Positions 18,020-27,635 of a DNA stretch of 64,000 nucleotides are shown here, in pieces (positions within the stretch are counted from its first letter, which is position 1; every line of letters starts with the position of its first letter). The DNA is from Magnetococcus sp. DMHC-6 (lineage in GTDB: Bacteria; Pseudomonadota; Magnetococcia; Magnetococcales; JADFZT01): positions 10,705 to 74,704 of the forward strand of contig JAMOAW010000027.1 of assembly GCA_039908535.1 (NCBI GenBank). Reading direction: 5' to 3'. The notes under the pieces were generated by a model that worked only from the letters and a program-made list of their open reading frames with translations, ran no database searches and was not told the origin of the DNA. Position numbers and translations under genes: made by a program.

Positions 18020-18505
18020 ATGGAGATTCATGGGACGCGGTTTGGAACGTTGACGTACCAAAAAGAGGATATCATTCAGATGGAAGACGGATTGTTGGGG
18101 TTTCCGTTGAGCAAACGTTATTTGCTTTTTCCATATTCAGAAGAGTCTTCATTTTTTTGGCTTCAGTCTATTGATGAACCAGAAATTGCTTTTATTGTTG
18201 TCAATCCATTTGAGTTTTTCGCCGATTTAGAAATAGTCATAGAAGATCATGACGCGATCGCGATTGAACTGAAAAACCAGGAGGATGTGGAGTTGTTCAG
18301 CCTAGTGATCATCCCGGAGGGCAAACCGGAAGAGATGCGCACCAATTTGGCTGGCCCCGTGGTCGTGAATGCCACGAATCGCAAAGGACGGCAGATTTTA
18401 TTGAAGGATTATTCACCACGCCAACCGTTGATACCAGATAACATGCGGGAGAGTTATCGGAGGGAAAAACTGTTGGTCCCCAATCGTAGAATGGCTCAAA
18501 AGTAA
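18020..18505 (+). CDS. fliW: Flagellar assembly factor FliW (copy 2)
   Basis: MEIHGTRFGTLTYQKEDIIQMEDGLLGFP... is collinear with copy 1. The track ORF starts at a TTG at 17828, but its first 64 aa have no counterpart in copy 1. Confidence 0.85.
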   Translation: MEIHGTRFGTLTYQKEDIIQMEDGLLGFPLSKRYLLFPYSEESSFFWLQSIDEPEIAFIVVNPFEFFADLEIVIEDHDAIAIELKNQEDVELFSLVIIPEGKPEEMRTNLAGPVVVNATNRKGRQILLKDYSPRQPLIPDNMRESYRREKLLVPNRRMAQK

Positions 18506-18567
18506 ACATAAGAGTCAAACATGAAGTGGGAACATGCCCTTAGATGAAAGAAGGGTGTGAGGAAATT

Positions 18568-18595
18568 CAAAGGATTTTGTCACTAAATAAGAGGA
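18568..18595 (+). promoter_or_regulatory. Flagellin leader with two GGA motifs (CsrA-type)
   Basis: cAAAGGA at 18568-18574 and AAGAGGA at 18589-18595 (the SD). ATG at 18603. Confidence 0.4.
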
Positions 18596-18602
18596 TCGAA
18601 CC

Positions 18603-19433
18603 ATGCCGCTTTTTATTAATACCAATGTTGCTTCGTTAAATGCGCAGCGCAATTTGAACAAGTCAACCGGCGAACTGGGCAAAACTTTTGCTCGTTTGGC
18701 CTCTGGTCTTCGGATTAATTCGGCCAAAGACGACGCCGCTGGGATGGCCATTAGTACTCGTATGACTTCGCAGATTCGTGGATTGAGTCAGGCTTCTAGA
18801 AACGCCAATGATGGTATTTCCCTGATTCAGGTTGCGGACGGTGCTCTTGAAGAGACGACCAATGCCTTGCAAAGAATTCGTGAATTGGCGGTTCAGGCTG
18901 CGAATGGTACTTACAACTCTACCGACCGTGCCGATCTGCAAAAAGAGGTTGATCAACTTCTTTTTGAAGTGGATCGGATTTCCACAGACGTAGAGTTTAA
19001 CAACAAAAAATTGCTTTTGGGTACGAGTATTCGCAGTGTTGATTTTCAGATAGGCGATAAAGAAAATCAGACGATTGAAATCACGATCACCAGTTGTGAT
19101 ACGAGGGCTTTGCTTGGATTAACTAGCGCGAATGTGACTATTATCACAGCTTCTGATGCGGGGATGGCCTTGACGCAGTTGACTAAAGCTTTGGACAGTG
19201 TGACAACAATACGGGCCACCTTGGGTGCGGCGCAGAATCGTTTTGAAGCGGTGATCAATAATCTTTCGAACGTGGTGGAGAATATTTCAGCAGCTCGTTC
19301 GCGGATTGTGGATGCCGATATTGCCGCTGAAACGGCGACATTGACACGCAATGCCATTTTGCAACAGGCTGGAACAGCGGTTTTGGCTCAGGCCAATCAG
19401 CAGCCACAGTTGGCTTTGCAGTTGCTTGGCTAA
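18603..19433 (+). CDS. fliC: Flagellin (276 aa)
   Basis: Flagellin N- and C-terminal conserved blocks. Differs from the 281-aa pair in the central region. Confidence 0.95.
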   Translation: MPLFINTNVASLNAQRNLNKSTGELGKTFARLASGLRINSAKDDAAGMAISTRMTSQIRGLSQASRNANDGISLIQVADGALEETTNALQRIRELAVQAANGTYNSTDRADLQKEVDQLLFEVDRISTDVEFNNKKLLLGTSIRSVDFQIGDKENQTIEITITSCDTRALLGLTSANVTIITASDAGMALTQLTKALDSVTTIRATLGAAQNRFEAVINNLSNVVENISAARSRIVDADIAAETATLTRNAILQQAGTAVLAQANQQPQLALQLLG

Positions 19434-19754
19434 AAAAAAGCTTATTGAAAAGAGATAAACTGCCGATAAAACTTATAAGAAGTGTGCTTTGTGCCAAATA
19501 GATCAGAAAGTTGATCTTTTAATAGCGAATCTTCTTTAATTGGGGTGGGGTATGCAAGGCTTTGGAACTGGGATCCCTGTTTGGTTCAGGTGGACACTTC
19601 TGAGGAATTTGGTTTTATATTTGAGTTGACCGGGTTCCTCGGAGTGTGTTACCAATTTAATAAAGCCTGCAAAAGGGTGGTTTTATTCTTATCAATAGGT
19701 CACTTCATCTATTTTGATGGGTAAGAGCGACAGAATTGGACTAGGAGAAAACAG

Positions 19755-21227
19755 ATGCTCGGATCGGTAACTTTTGGTGGATTGGCCAGTGGTTTGCCCA
19801 CGGATCTTGTCGATCAGCTTATGTCTGCTCAGCAAACGCGCAAGAAAACGTTGGAGAGAGATCGGGATTATTTTACCAAGCAACTGAGTACTTATGATAC
19901 TTTGGTCTCTAAGCTAAAGAGCTTTCAATCCACCGTTGAGGATTTGCAGTCGGCTTCCAGTTTTTCGCCGCATACAGCCAGTAGTTCCGATACCACGCGT
20001 ATTTCGATCTCCTCTGATAGTACGGCGGTGGAGGGGAATCATTCGGTGGAGGTCCAGAGGTTGGCGACCAATGCGACCTTTGTTGCCGATACCGGGACCG
20101 CAGCTTTGACCGATACGTTGGGACAGGCGGGTGGTACGTTTGATTTTTCCTATATCGGATCAGGAGGTACTCCTGAAGCCATTTCAGTTGCTTTTAACAG
20201 TACGGACACGTTGTCTGATTTGGTGAGCAAGATCAATTCTGCCGCATTCACGAGTGGATCCGGGTTTTCAGCCGGGGTGATGTATGATGGCAGCCAATAT
20301 CGTTTGACACTGACGGCCAAGGATGCGGGAGCTGGGGTGCGGGCTGCGGATGGCACAACGACCACCTCGCGGATTAGTGCGGTGAGTTTTTCGGCTAATG
20401 ATGCCTTTGCCTCTATAACCCAAACCAGAGCTGGCGTGGATGCCCAGATGAAGGTAGATGGGGTATCTAACATCTACAGCAGCAGCAACTCGGTGAATAA
20501 TGTTTTGACAGGTGTCACCATGTCGTTAGGTCAGGTTAGTTCTGGCGTGGTTCCTGGCGGTGCGGGTGTCGGTGCGGCGACCGGTTCTGACAATCAATTA
20601 GGTGGTACTGGTACCGATATTATGATCAGTATCAGCAATGACAGCACCACCTTGAAGACGACTCTGGATAGTTTTGTCACCGCTTATAATGATGTGATCA
20701 ATTTTATTTCAGGTCAGAAGGAGCAATATTTTTCTGGGGAGTCACTGACCCGTTCTATCGTTTCTCAGATGCGGAGTGTGATCAACACCCCCACGGGGGA
20801 TGGATCGGGAGGGACGTTAACTCCTTATTCGACTTTGGCGGAGATAGGATTGCGAACGGATCAAAAGTTGGGGACCATTAGTTTTGATTCGACTAAATTA
20901 GATGCCGCGATCAGTAGTAATTTTAAGGCGATCTCCTCTATATTCACCACCACCGATGCCACTGGTAACGATGGCGTTGCCCATCGCATGGCCGATCTTT
21001 TATCCGGGATTACCGACAGCACCGATGGTTCAGTGACAGCGCGCCAAGATGGTTTGCAAAATCGTATTGACAGTCAGCAGGAGCGTATTGATAAGGAGAC
21101 CATTCGTTTGGATGCAGAAAAGGAACGTTTGACCCTTAAATTTGCCACCCTGGAACGATTAATTACGCAAATGAAGGGTTCTTCAGGCTCTTTGGAATCT
21201 ACGCTGTCGAGTTTGAATAGTAAGTGA
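19755..21227 (+). CDS. fliD: Flagellar filament cap protein
   Basis: 490 aa. N-terminus SVTFGGLASGLPTDLVDQLMSAQ and a C-terminal coiled coil (RIDKETIRLDAEKERLTLKFATLERLITQM). Confidence 0.9.
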   Translation: MLGSVTFGGLASGLPTDLVDQLMSAQQTRKKTLERDRDYFTKQLSTYDTLVSKLKSFQSTVEDLQSASSFSPHTASSSDTTRISISSDSTAVEGNHSVEVQRLATNATFVADTGTAALTDTLGQAGGTFDFSYIGSGGTPEAISVAFNSTDTLSDLVSKINSAAFTSGSGFSAGVMYDGSQYRLTLTAKDAGAGVRAADGTTTTSRISAVSFSANDAFASITQTRAGVDAQMKVDGVSNIYSSSNSVNNVLTGVTMSLGQVSSGVVPGGAGVGAATGSDNQLGGTGTDIMISISNDSTTLKTTLDSFVTAYNDVINFISGQKEQYFSGESLTRSIVSQMRSVINTPTGDGSGGTLTPYSTLAEIGLRTDQKLGTISFDSTKLDAAISSNFKAISSIFTTTDATGNDGVAHRMADLLSGITDSTDGSVTARQDGLQNRIDSQQERIDKETIRLDAEKERLTLKFATLERLITQMKGSSGSLESTLSSLNSK

Positions 21228-21356
21228 TAGAGTCTGTTGGAATTGGAATGAATTTTGCTTAATTTTTAGTAACGTCTCAAAACGGCTTTTTTTTGAAACG
21301 TGTCATACTTTTGTCGGTTTTTTAATCATAACAAATTAGGATAGCGAGATTTGACC

Positions 21357-21752
21357 ATGATGCAGACGCAGAACTACCCAACCAGCTCTTTTGAATATAT
21401 TCCGCCGGCCAATGACCCAGACCAAGAGAGCCAATTGGATCTGTTGGTTCGTCTTTATGAGGGGGCCATCGCTTTTCTGAACAAGGCCATCAAGGCATGT
21501 GAATCTTCCGAAATTGATCAGTTTAAATATTTTATTCAAAGAGGACGCCGTATTATTGAGGAGTTTCAAAATACGCTCGATTTTACAGAAGGTGGTTTGG
21601 TTCCCACACAGTTAAATGATCTTTATGAATATATGCTCGACAGCTTGACACAGGCCACTTTGACTCACGATACCCTTTTTGTAGAACGGGTTAATGAGCA
21701 ACTGGAGGTTCTCCTGGATGGCTGGAGAGGCCTTCAGCAACCGAGTCACTAA
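21357..21752 (+). CDS. fliS: Flagellin-specific chaperone FliS (copy 1)
   Basis: LLVRLYEGAIAFL...EFQNTLDF..GG..QLNDLYEYM is the FliS four-helix pattern. ATG at 21357; the track start at 21351 is a TTG. Confidence 0.8.
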   Translation: MMQTQNYPTSSFEYIPPANDPDQESQLDLLVRLYEGAIAFLNKAIKACESSEIDQFKYFIQRGRRIIEEFQNTLDFTEGGLVPTQLNDLYEYMLDSLTQATLTHDTLFVERVNEQLEVLLDGWRGLQQPSH

Positions 21753-21766
21753 CGGAATCTGCTTAA

Positions 21767-22213
21767 ATGTCCTATGGTTTAAAAAGTTACAAAACCTCCA
21801 AGACCTATACCGCCTCTCGGGAAGATCTTTTAATCCTCTTATATGAGGGGGCGATACGTTTTCTTGAACGGTCCATCAAGGAGAAAGAGAGTGGGACCTT
21901 AAGCGAACATAAAATGTATTTGCGCAGAGGTCTATGTATTATTGCCGAACTGCAAAGTACATTAGATTTTCAGCAAGGGGGGGATTTGGCCATACAGTTG
22001 TTTGAACTGTATGGATATATGCTGGATCGGTTGACGCAAGCCAATTTGACCCAGGATATGGAGCACATCAGCAGAGTTATTGGGCATTTGAATACCTTAT
22101 TGGAAGGGTGGCGTGTCGCTGTAGCCCAGGTCAAAAAGGAAGGAGGTCTACCTGGCACAATGGGAACCGCCTCCGCCAATTCATCCTCTGTTGCACGTGT
22201 GAGTAGTTTATAG
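21767..22213 (+). CDS. fliS: FliS paralog (copy 2, with C-terminal extension)
   Basis: LLILLYEGAIRFL...ELQSTLDFQQGGDLAIQLFELYGYM is collinear with copy 1. Confidence 0.75.
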   Translation: MSYGLKSYKTSKTYTASREDLLILLYEGAIRFLERSIKEKESGTLSEHKMYLRRGLCIIAELQSTLDFQQGGDLAIQLFELYGYMLDRLTQANLTQDMEHISRVIGHLNTLLEGWRVAVAQVKKEGGLPGTMGTASANSSSVARVSSL

Positions 22214-22215
22214 TG

Positions 22216-22554
22216 ATGGATAGTGCTCTCACCCGTTTAGAAAATTTATTGGATCGTTTTCGTGAACCAGAAAAATTGGGTGCTGAGGAGTTAGGCGTAC
22301 TCTCCCAGTTATGGTCCGAAGGAGTCGAGTCGGTGGTCCAGGCTGGCAAGACGATTCACCTCCAAGAGGCGCAAAAAGATCAGTATAGGATACGTTTGCA
22401 ACAATTGATCGATCAATTGCCAGCCATCGAAACACTGCTAAGTCAGCACAAGTCAGAGGTGGCCCAACGTCTTTATGCGGAAAATCGACGCTTTAAAGCC
22501 TTGGCCAGCAGTTATGGGGGCTCGGGACGAAATTCGATGGGGCGTACGGTGTAA
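22216..22554 (+). CDS. Small helical protein of the flagellar locus (FliT-like position)
   Basis: 112 aa from the ATG at 22216, immediately after fliS. I recognise no diagnostic motif; the function is inferred from position only. Confidence 0.3.
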   Translation: MDSALTRLENLLDRFREPEKLGAEELGVLSQLWSEGVESVVQAGKTIHLQEAQKDQYRIRLQQLIDQLPAIETLLSQHKSEVAQRLYAENRRFKALASSYGGSGRNSMGRTV

Positions 22555-22750
22555 GATATAAATAAAAATAAAAAATTAAGACCTTGGGGGCGGAGAACCG
22601 CTCCCAACACCCCCTTTTTTTTTTTTATTAAAAAAAAAAAGGGGTCTGGGGGATTGCCCCCAGGGTTTTGCTTTTGCTTTTGACCTCGGTTTTGCTTCCT
22701 TCAAAAAGCAGGGGGATTGGGGGATGCAATCCCCCAAGGTCTTGACTTTG
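22552..22750. repeat. Hairpin-repeat locus R6 (A-B then C'-D-E)
   Basis: aagaccttgggggcggagaaccgctcccaa..T13..A11..ggggtctgggggattgcccccaggg..ttgacctcggttttgcttccttcaaaaagcaggggg attgggggatgcaatcccccaaggtcttgactttg. Overlaps the 3' end of the hslR ORF. Confidence 0.9.
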
Positions 22751-23140
22751 TAAACAGAGTCGTCTGCGCTCCCGTTTGGTTGGACGCGGACCACCAGGAA
22801 TGGGAGCTGTGCCGAGAATAGCAACTATTTGGCGTTTTTTCTCGCTCTCCTCCTGACGCTTTTTTTGACTCTGGGCCGTCTCTTGATATAAAAGGATCGC
22901 TTCTCGCGCTGGTCCACGTTGTTCGGAAACGCCAGTGACATCCACAATCCATTCTATGGATTCTTTGCCAATCTTTAGTTGATCCCCTATTTTTAGTGTG
23001 TGTCCAGGTTTGACGCGGGCCCCATTTAAATGCACCCGCCCGCCAGTGACAGCTTGGGCGGCCAATGCCCGTGTTTTAAAAAAACGTGCGGCCCAAAGCC
23101 ATTTGTCGATTCGAACCGTCATAAAAGAAGGGGGGGTCAT
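22628..23140 (-). CDS. hslR: S4-domain ribosome-associated heat-shock protein Hsp15, with a repeat-encoded C-terminal tail
   Basis: [38 protein letters not shown] is the Hsp15 pattern. Residues after ~130 are translated from repeat R6. Confidence 0.8.
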   Translation of the reverse strand: MTPPSFMTVRIDKWLWAARFFKTRALAAQAVTGGRVHLNGARVKPGHTLKIGDQLKIGKESIEWIVDVTGVSEQRGPAREAILLYQETAQSQKKRQEESEKKRQIVAILGTAPIPGGPRPTKRERRRLCLQSQDLGGLHPPIPLLFEGSKTEVKSKSKTLGAIPQTPFFF

Positions 23141-25851
23141 GTAAAATCGCCTTTTTCAGGAGAGAGAACCGTTTTGGCCAGATATTCGCTTGTTTGATGA
23201 ATCTCCCCCGTGACCTGTTGCAAACTTTCGCCCCATTGTCCAAATTGTTGGAGTAGATCCTGTGTCCTTAAGAGGTGCTCGGTGGTATCCTGCGTTTGTT
23301 GAAGCAAAAATAGGCTTTCCTGCGTGGTTTGCTGAAAAAGGGTACCGGTTTTGTGGATCTCCTCTGAGGTAGCTACCACCTGATGGGTGATTTCGGTAAT
23401 CTTTGTTGAAATGGCATTGATGCTGTGATTGACCTGGGCCATCTCTTCGGATGCCGTATGGATCCGTTGCGTGACTTCGCGGGTCTCTTGCGAAACCATC
23501 TGCATGGTTTCGGTAATGTTTTGAATGGTGTGGCTCTGTTCATCTAAGCTGTTGAGGATGACCTCTGTGGAGAGATCAATTTTTTCAATATGATGAGCCA
23601 CTTGCTTGGAGACGGAGGTTGCGTCTGTGGTGTTGTTTTGTATTTCGTGAATTTTAAGGGTAATCATCTGGGTGGCTTGACTGGTTTGCCGGGCCAGCTC
23701 TTTGACTTCGTTGGCGACCACCGCAAACCCTTTGCCCGACTCTCCCGCTCCAGCGGCCTCAATGGAGGCGTTTAAGGCCAGCATATTGGTTTGTTCGGCG
23801 ATATCGTTGATGAGTTCAACGACGGTGTCGATCTCTTGGGCCGAGATAGCAAGTTTTTCCATGGATTGGATGCTGATTTTGGCCTGCTGACTGGCTTGGC
23901 GGGCCTCATTTCTGGATGTTTCGCTTTGCTGGCGGACATCGGTTTGGGTGAGAAACATTGTATGGATGGCCGTGGCAACGTCGTGGAGATGGGTATCGGA
24001 TCTTTGGACCGCCTTTTGAACCTGTCCCATGCGGTTATTGCTCTCCTCAGCGGCTTGGGCAACCGAAGAGAGGTTGGAACTGGCTATTTCTGCCGAATTG
24101 GTAATCTCCTGCATATCTATATGGATGGCTTGGATGGTTTGGGTTAGATTTTTTAATAAAAGAACCATGCGTTCGGTGTGCTGATGGAGAGAAGGGGGGC
24201 TATGTTGGTGGTGTTGGGATGTGCAGATCCATGTCTCAGACATGGCTTGGCTGATCTCATGCAACGAGTGACTGGCCAGTTTTAATTTTTGTGTCAAGGG
24301 GGAGAGGGTTTGGAGTTGGGTATGGGCTTGGTTGCGAATGGCGGCATTTTCTTCGGCAAAGGCATTTGGGGTCGAAAGGGGAGTTGTTATCTCTTTGTTT
24401 ACCCATTGACCTGTTGTCCATGCTAAAATGATTCCAATGGCTAAAATAAGCAGAGCCAACCAACCGGCAAAGGTTGTGTTTGGCAACGGCGGCAGCTCTT
24501 GCAGGGTATCTGTAGGTTGTTGTGCCCAGGCCGCAGGAATATCTAATAAAGAGCGAAAGAAAGAGAATGTGGAGGAGATGTCGTCGGGATGGAGAAGCCT
24601 GGAATTGGATTGCTGGGGCATTTTTTGGGCGGCTTGTGTGGCTTTTTCCAAAGCCAAGTAAAGGGCTTCCATGGCCTGTTCAATCTTTTTATGAGAGGGG
24701 GTGGGAATGTTTTTTGTCCATTGGGTAAAACTGTTTTGGTAATCTTGTAACAGTTTATAGAGCTTCTCTTTTTCTGGTTGGGGAGTAAATTGTTTGGCAT
24801 CGCTAGGTTGGTCAAAGAGCATATAATTTTGCTCCAAAACGCGTGCGTTTAGATAATCTTTCCATAAATCAGGGACATAGAGCGCGGTGAGCGTGGTTTC
24901 CATCTCTGCAGCCAAACGGTTTAATTCGTCTGGGTTTGTCTCCTCTGTTTTGGAGTTTTGTATAAATATATCAAATGTATTTGTGTAGTCTTGAAATGTT
25001 TTGGATAACTTTTGTTGTGTGCTTGAAGCCAGTTTGCTCTGGGCTAACTCTTTCATAAAGAGCACTTGCAGACGTTTGAATTCGTCCAAAGCCTCCTCTT
25101 TTTGCAGGAGATAATCCTTCTCCGCTTTGCGCATACGAATAAAGGTGGTTCGAATCTGGGAGATATCCATCTCGTTGAGTTGGGTTTCCAGGTTGGTCCG
25201 GGCTTGCTGCTGTAGGGGGTGGGCTTGGATTTTTGTGCTGGCAAGGAGGGCCTGTTTTAATTGGGTCAAAGCTTGGTCTAATGCCTGGATGCTTGGGTCA
25301 TTATTTAATATTTTTAAAAGTTTATCGGTTGCTTGATGGGCTTGGTCGAATAATTCTTGTTGCGGTTGGGTTTGTCTTGGCATCGCAATAGTGGCGGCGA
25401 TTTTTAAAAGAAGCCCGTGGAGGGCTAAAAGGGGATCTATGCTGGGGTTGGAAGCCAAGTGGGGTGCCGGAGACGCAATTTTTGGTGTGACCAGAAGGGG
25501 GGCTGGATGGGTGAGTGAGTGGTTATTTGGTTGTGCGGTTTTGGTCTCTGGGCATGGGCTTTGCGGGGGGGGCTTTGGGCATTCTGTCACGGTTGGACAT
25601 TTCGAAACGGTCGCAACAGAGAGTTGCCAAGCGCAATCGTTGGTCTTATCAGTTAAGAGTTGGGCCTGCTTGAGCAGTGTCTGATAACGAGCTGTGGTTT
25701 GGTCTAACAGGCTTTGATAGTACCAAAAACCGCCAGCCACCCATAAAATAAATATACCAAAGGCCAACGCAATTTTAGCTCGAGGGGTCGTAGGAGAAGA
25801 TGTTTTGAAATAGTTCACAGAATTCAGCCCTTTTAGAAAAATTGGTTGCAA
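23137..25851 (-). CDS. Methyl-accepting chemotaxis protein (904 aa)
   Basis: C-terminal signalling domain [35 protein letters not shown]. Two TM segments. Apparent TTG start. The stop overlaps the hslR start (ATGA). Confidence 0.85.
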   Translation of the reverse strand: MQPIFLKGLNSVNYFKTSSPTTPRAKIALAFGIFILWVAGGFWYYQSLLDQTTARYQTLLKQAQLLTDKTNDCAWQLSVATVSKCPTVTECPKPPPQSPCPETKTAQPNNHSLTHPAPLLVTPKIASPAPHLASNPSIDPLLALHGLLLKIAATIAMPRQTQPQQELFDQAHQATDKLLKILNNDPSIQALDQALTQLKQALLASTKIQAHPLQQQARTNLETQLNEMDISQIRTTFIRMRKAEKDYLLQKEEALDEFKRLQVLFMKELAQSKLASSTQQKLSKTFQDYTNTFDIFIQNSKTEETNPDELNRLAAEMETTLTALYVPDLWKDYLNARVLEQNYMLFDQPSDAKQFTPQPEKEKLYKLLQDYQNSFTQWTKNIPTPSHKKIEQAMEALYLALEKATQAAQKMPQQSNSRLLHPDDISSTFSFFRSLLDIPAAWAQQPTDTLQELPPLPNTTFAGWLALLILAIGIILAWTTGQWVNKEITTPLSTPNAFAEENAAIRNQAHTQLQTLSPLTQKLKLASHSLHEISQAMSETWICTSQHHQHSPPSLHQHTERMVLLLKNLTQTIQAIHIDMQEITNSAEIASSNLSSVAQAAEESNNRMGQVQKAVQRSDTHLHDVATAIHTMFLTQTDVRQQSETSRNEARQASQQAKISIQSMEKLAISAQEIDTVVELINDIAEQTNMLALNASIEAAGAGESGKGFAVVANEVKELARQTSQATQMITLKIHEIQNNTTDATSVSKQVAHHIEKIDLSTEVILNSLDEQSHTIQNITETMQMVSQETREVTQRIHTASEEMAQVNHSINAISTKITEITHQVVATSEEIHKTGTLFQQTTQESLFLLQQTQDTTEHLLRTQDLLQQFGQWGESLQQVTGEIHQTSEYLAKTVLSPEKGDFT

Positions 25852-25928
25852 CGAAACAGAATGGAGAATACCAATTTTTTAAGCCTTAGAATAGCGTCAA
25901 GAATGCCATAGGATCCTTCATGGGTTTA

Positions 25929-26336
25929 TTATTTTACCTCTTCCACTTCCATTCGTTCAATATCTGCCAGAGTCACCCATCGTCCGTCCAAGGTGATAAA
26001 ACTGCGATTTTGTAAGGCGTTTTTATGGGCGAGGTAGGTGGTTGTCTGATTGGATTGGACGTTGATCACGCGAATTTTGACTTGCTGATGTTCTTCTTGC
26101 CAGTTATTGTAAAAAAACCAACTACTGGTGAGAAGTACGAAGGAAAAGGCTATGGTGAGAGCTATTTTATCGCCACGGCTGCGGGGAGCCCTTGGCGGTG
26201 GGGGCGGTGGCATGGGGCGATTGGCGTGAATGCGGCCTAAAAAATAGATGATCGCTATGACCAAAATAGAGAGGATTAATTTAAACAGCATGATTTTCCA
26301 TGAGTCATCGTTGTTTCTAGCCGATAAGGATAACAT
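25929..26336 (-). CDS. Small membrane protein, proline-rich loop
   Basis: Two hydrophobic segments and a PMPPPPPPRAP tract. No family recognised. Confidence 0.4.
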   Translation of the reverse strand: MLSLSARNNDDSWKIMLFKLILSILVIAIIYFLGRIHANRPMPPPPPPRAPRSRGDKIALTIAFSFVLLTSSWFFYNNWQEEHQQVKIRVINVQSNQTTTYLAHKNALQNRSFITLDGRWVTLADIERMEVEEVK

Positions 26337-26517
26337 CCCCAAAAATGGACTAGGTTATGAAATATACTATTCCAGGTCTAAATTGACACGATGGAAGCCA
26401 GTTGGCAAGGGTTGAGAGGCCTTTTAGTCGAGTGGTCTTTTTTTTATGGCTATTCTTGATGGTATAATGGACAATTATGTTCGGATGATTGGGTTGTTAT
26501 GATGAAAGGAGGATGAA

Positions 26518-27012
26518 ATGACATTACAACAAGGGGATCTTGACCAAATTGTTCAATATATTAAACCGCAATTTATCCTCTGGATGTCAGATCGGGTGTT
26601 GGAAAAACCCCATGAACTTTATGAAATTGAATGGCGTGAGCGCATTATTCGGGTTGAGGAGGCGTTAAAACATCAGCGTGAATTGATGCAGCAGGGGTTC
26701 GCAATGATGGGAAAACAGTTGGAACTGGAGGATAAACGGTTAGAGCAGGTGGATAAACGGTTAGAGCAGGTGGATAAACGGTTAGCTTTGCTACAATCTG
26801 AGATGGATAAACGGTTAGAGCAGGTGGATAAACGGTTAGCTTTGCTACAGTCTGAGATGGATAAACGGTTTGAGCAGGTGGATAAACGGTTTGAGCAGGT
26901 GGATAAACGGTTAGTTTTGCTACAATCTGAGATGGATAAACGGTTTGAGCAGGTGGATAAACGGTTAGTTTTGCTACAATCTGAGATGGATAAACGGTTC
27001 ATAAACGTTTAG
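26518..27012 (+). CDS. Heptad tandem-repeat (DKR[LF]EQV) coiled-coil protein, apparently frameshifted from its C-terminal membrane anchor
   Basis: Good RBS (aaaggagg) and ATG. Tandem 21- and 33-nt units from 26731. The frame starting at 27003 continues KRLEFLTQRIDRFMIWSFGITLALSGIVITALKILR* to 27113. Confidence 0.7.
   Translation: MTLQQGDLDQIVQYIKPQFILWMSDRVLEKPHELYEIEWRERIIRVEEALKHQRELMQQGFAMMGKQLELEDKRLEQVDKRLEQVDKRLALLQSEMDKRLEQVDKRLALLQSEMDKRFEQVDKRFEQVDKRLVLLQSEMDKRFEQVDKRLVLLQSEMDKRFINV
26731..27000 (+). repeat. In-frame tandem repeats (21-nt gataaacggttagagcaggtg and 33-nt gataaacggttagctttgctacaatctgagatg units)
   Basis: Read directly from the sequence. There is a higher-order duplication of the DKRLEQV/DKRLALLQSEM pattern with L->F and A->V variants. 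Confidence 0.95.
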
Positions 27013-27183
27013 AGTTTCTTACGCAACGGATTGATCGTTTTATGATTTGGTCCTTTGGTATAACGCTCGCTTTGTCGGGTATCGTCATCACAGCACTAAA
27101 AATTTTAAGATAATATTTTTTGAAATCTTTTATCGTTGGATATGTATATGAATGTCAATTGGCAAGGGGTGAGTGGTTCTGAA

Positions 27184-27633
27184 ATGCAAACCGAGTCGAT
27201 TGCGTCTCGGTTGGCGCAGGTGGCTCGAGTGGGGTTGGTGGTGGCGTTGGAGGGGGATTTGGGGGCGGGGAAAACCGTCTTTGCCCGTGGGTTTGTGCAT
27301 GGCATGGGGGTGGCGGATCCCTATGTCACCAGTCCGACATTTACCTTGCTCAATCCCTATTTGGAAGGCAAAATGCCCGTCTACCACTTCGATTTTTATC
27401 GGCTAGAATCCCCCGAAGAGTTGATTCAGATCGGGGCAGAGGGGTATTTGGGCACCGATGGGGTGGCCTTAGTGGAATGGCCAAGTCGGGCTGGAGATTG
27501 GATTCCTGCAGATCATCTGCGGGTGGTCTTGACATTTCGGGATGAGGAGCCTGACAAACGTTGGATCGAATTTCGGGCAACTGGCGGGCATAGCAATATG
27601 ATTTTGGCCGATTTTTGCCATTTGGAGGCATAG
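27184..27633 (+). CDS. tsaE: tRNA t6A biosynthesis ATPase TsaE (YjeE)
   Basis: GDLGAGKTVFARG..., VTSPTFTLLNPY, YHFDFYRL motifs. Start uncertain (TTG at 27136 in the track; ATG at 27184 preferred). Confidence 0.8.
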   Translation: MQTESIASRLAQVARVGLVVALEGDLGAGKTVFARGFVHGMGVADPYVTSPTFTLLNPYLEGKMPVYHFDFYRLESPEELIQIGAEGYLGTDGVALVEWPSRAGDWIPADHLRVVLTFRDEEPDKRWIEFRATGGHSNMILADFCHLEA

Positions 27634-27635
27634 AG

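Noticed and set aside
19610-19624. Sigma-54-like TGGTTTTATATTTGA upstream of fliD.
   Set aside because: The spacing is correct, but the -12 element reads GA instead of the strongly conserved GC. This is too weak to call.
26673-27002. Antisense ORFs across the tandem repeats (26673-27002 minus; 54448-54882 and 54606-54869 plus).
   Set aside because: They are periodic artefacts of the 21-nt repeat. The sense frames have RBS and ATG starts, coiled-coil heptads and membrane anchors.
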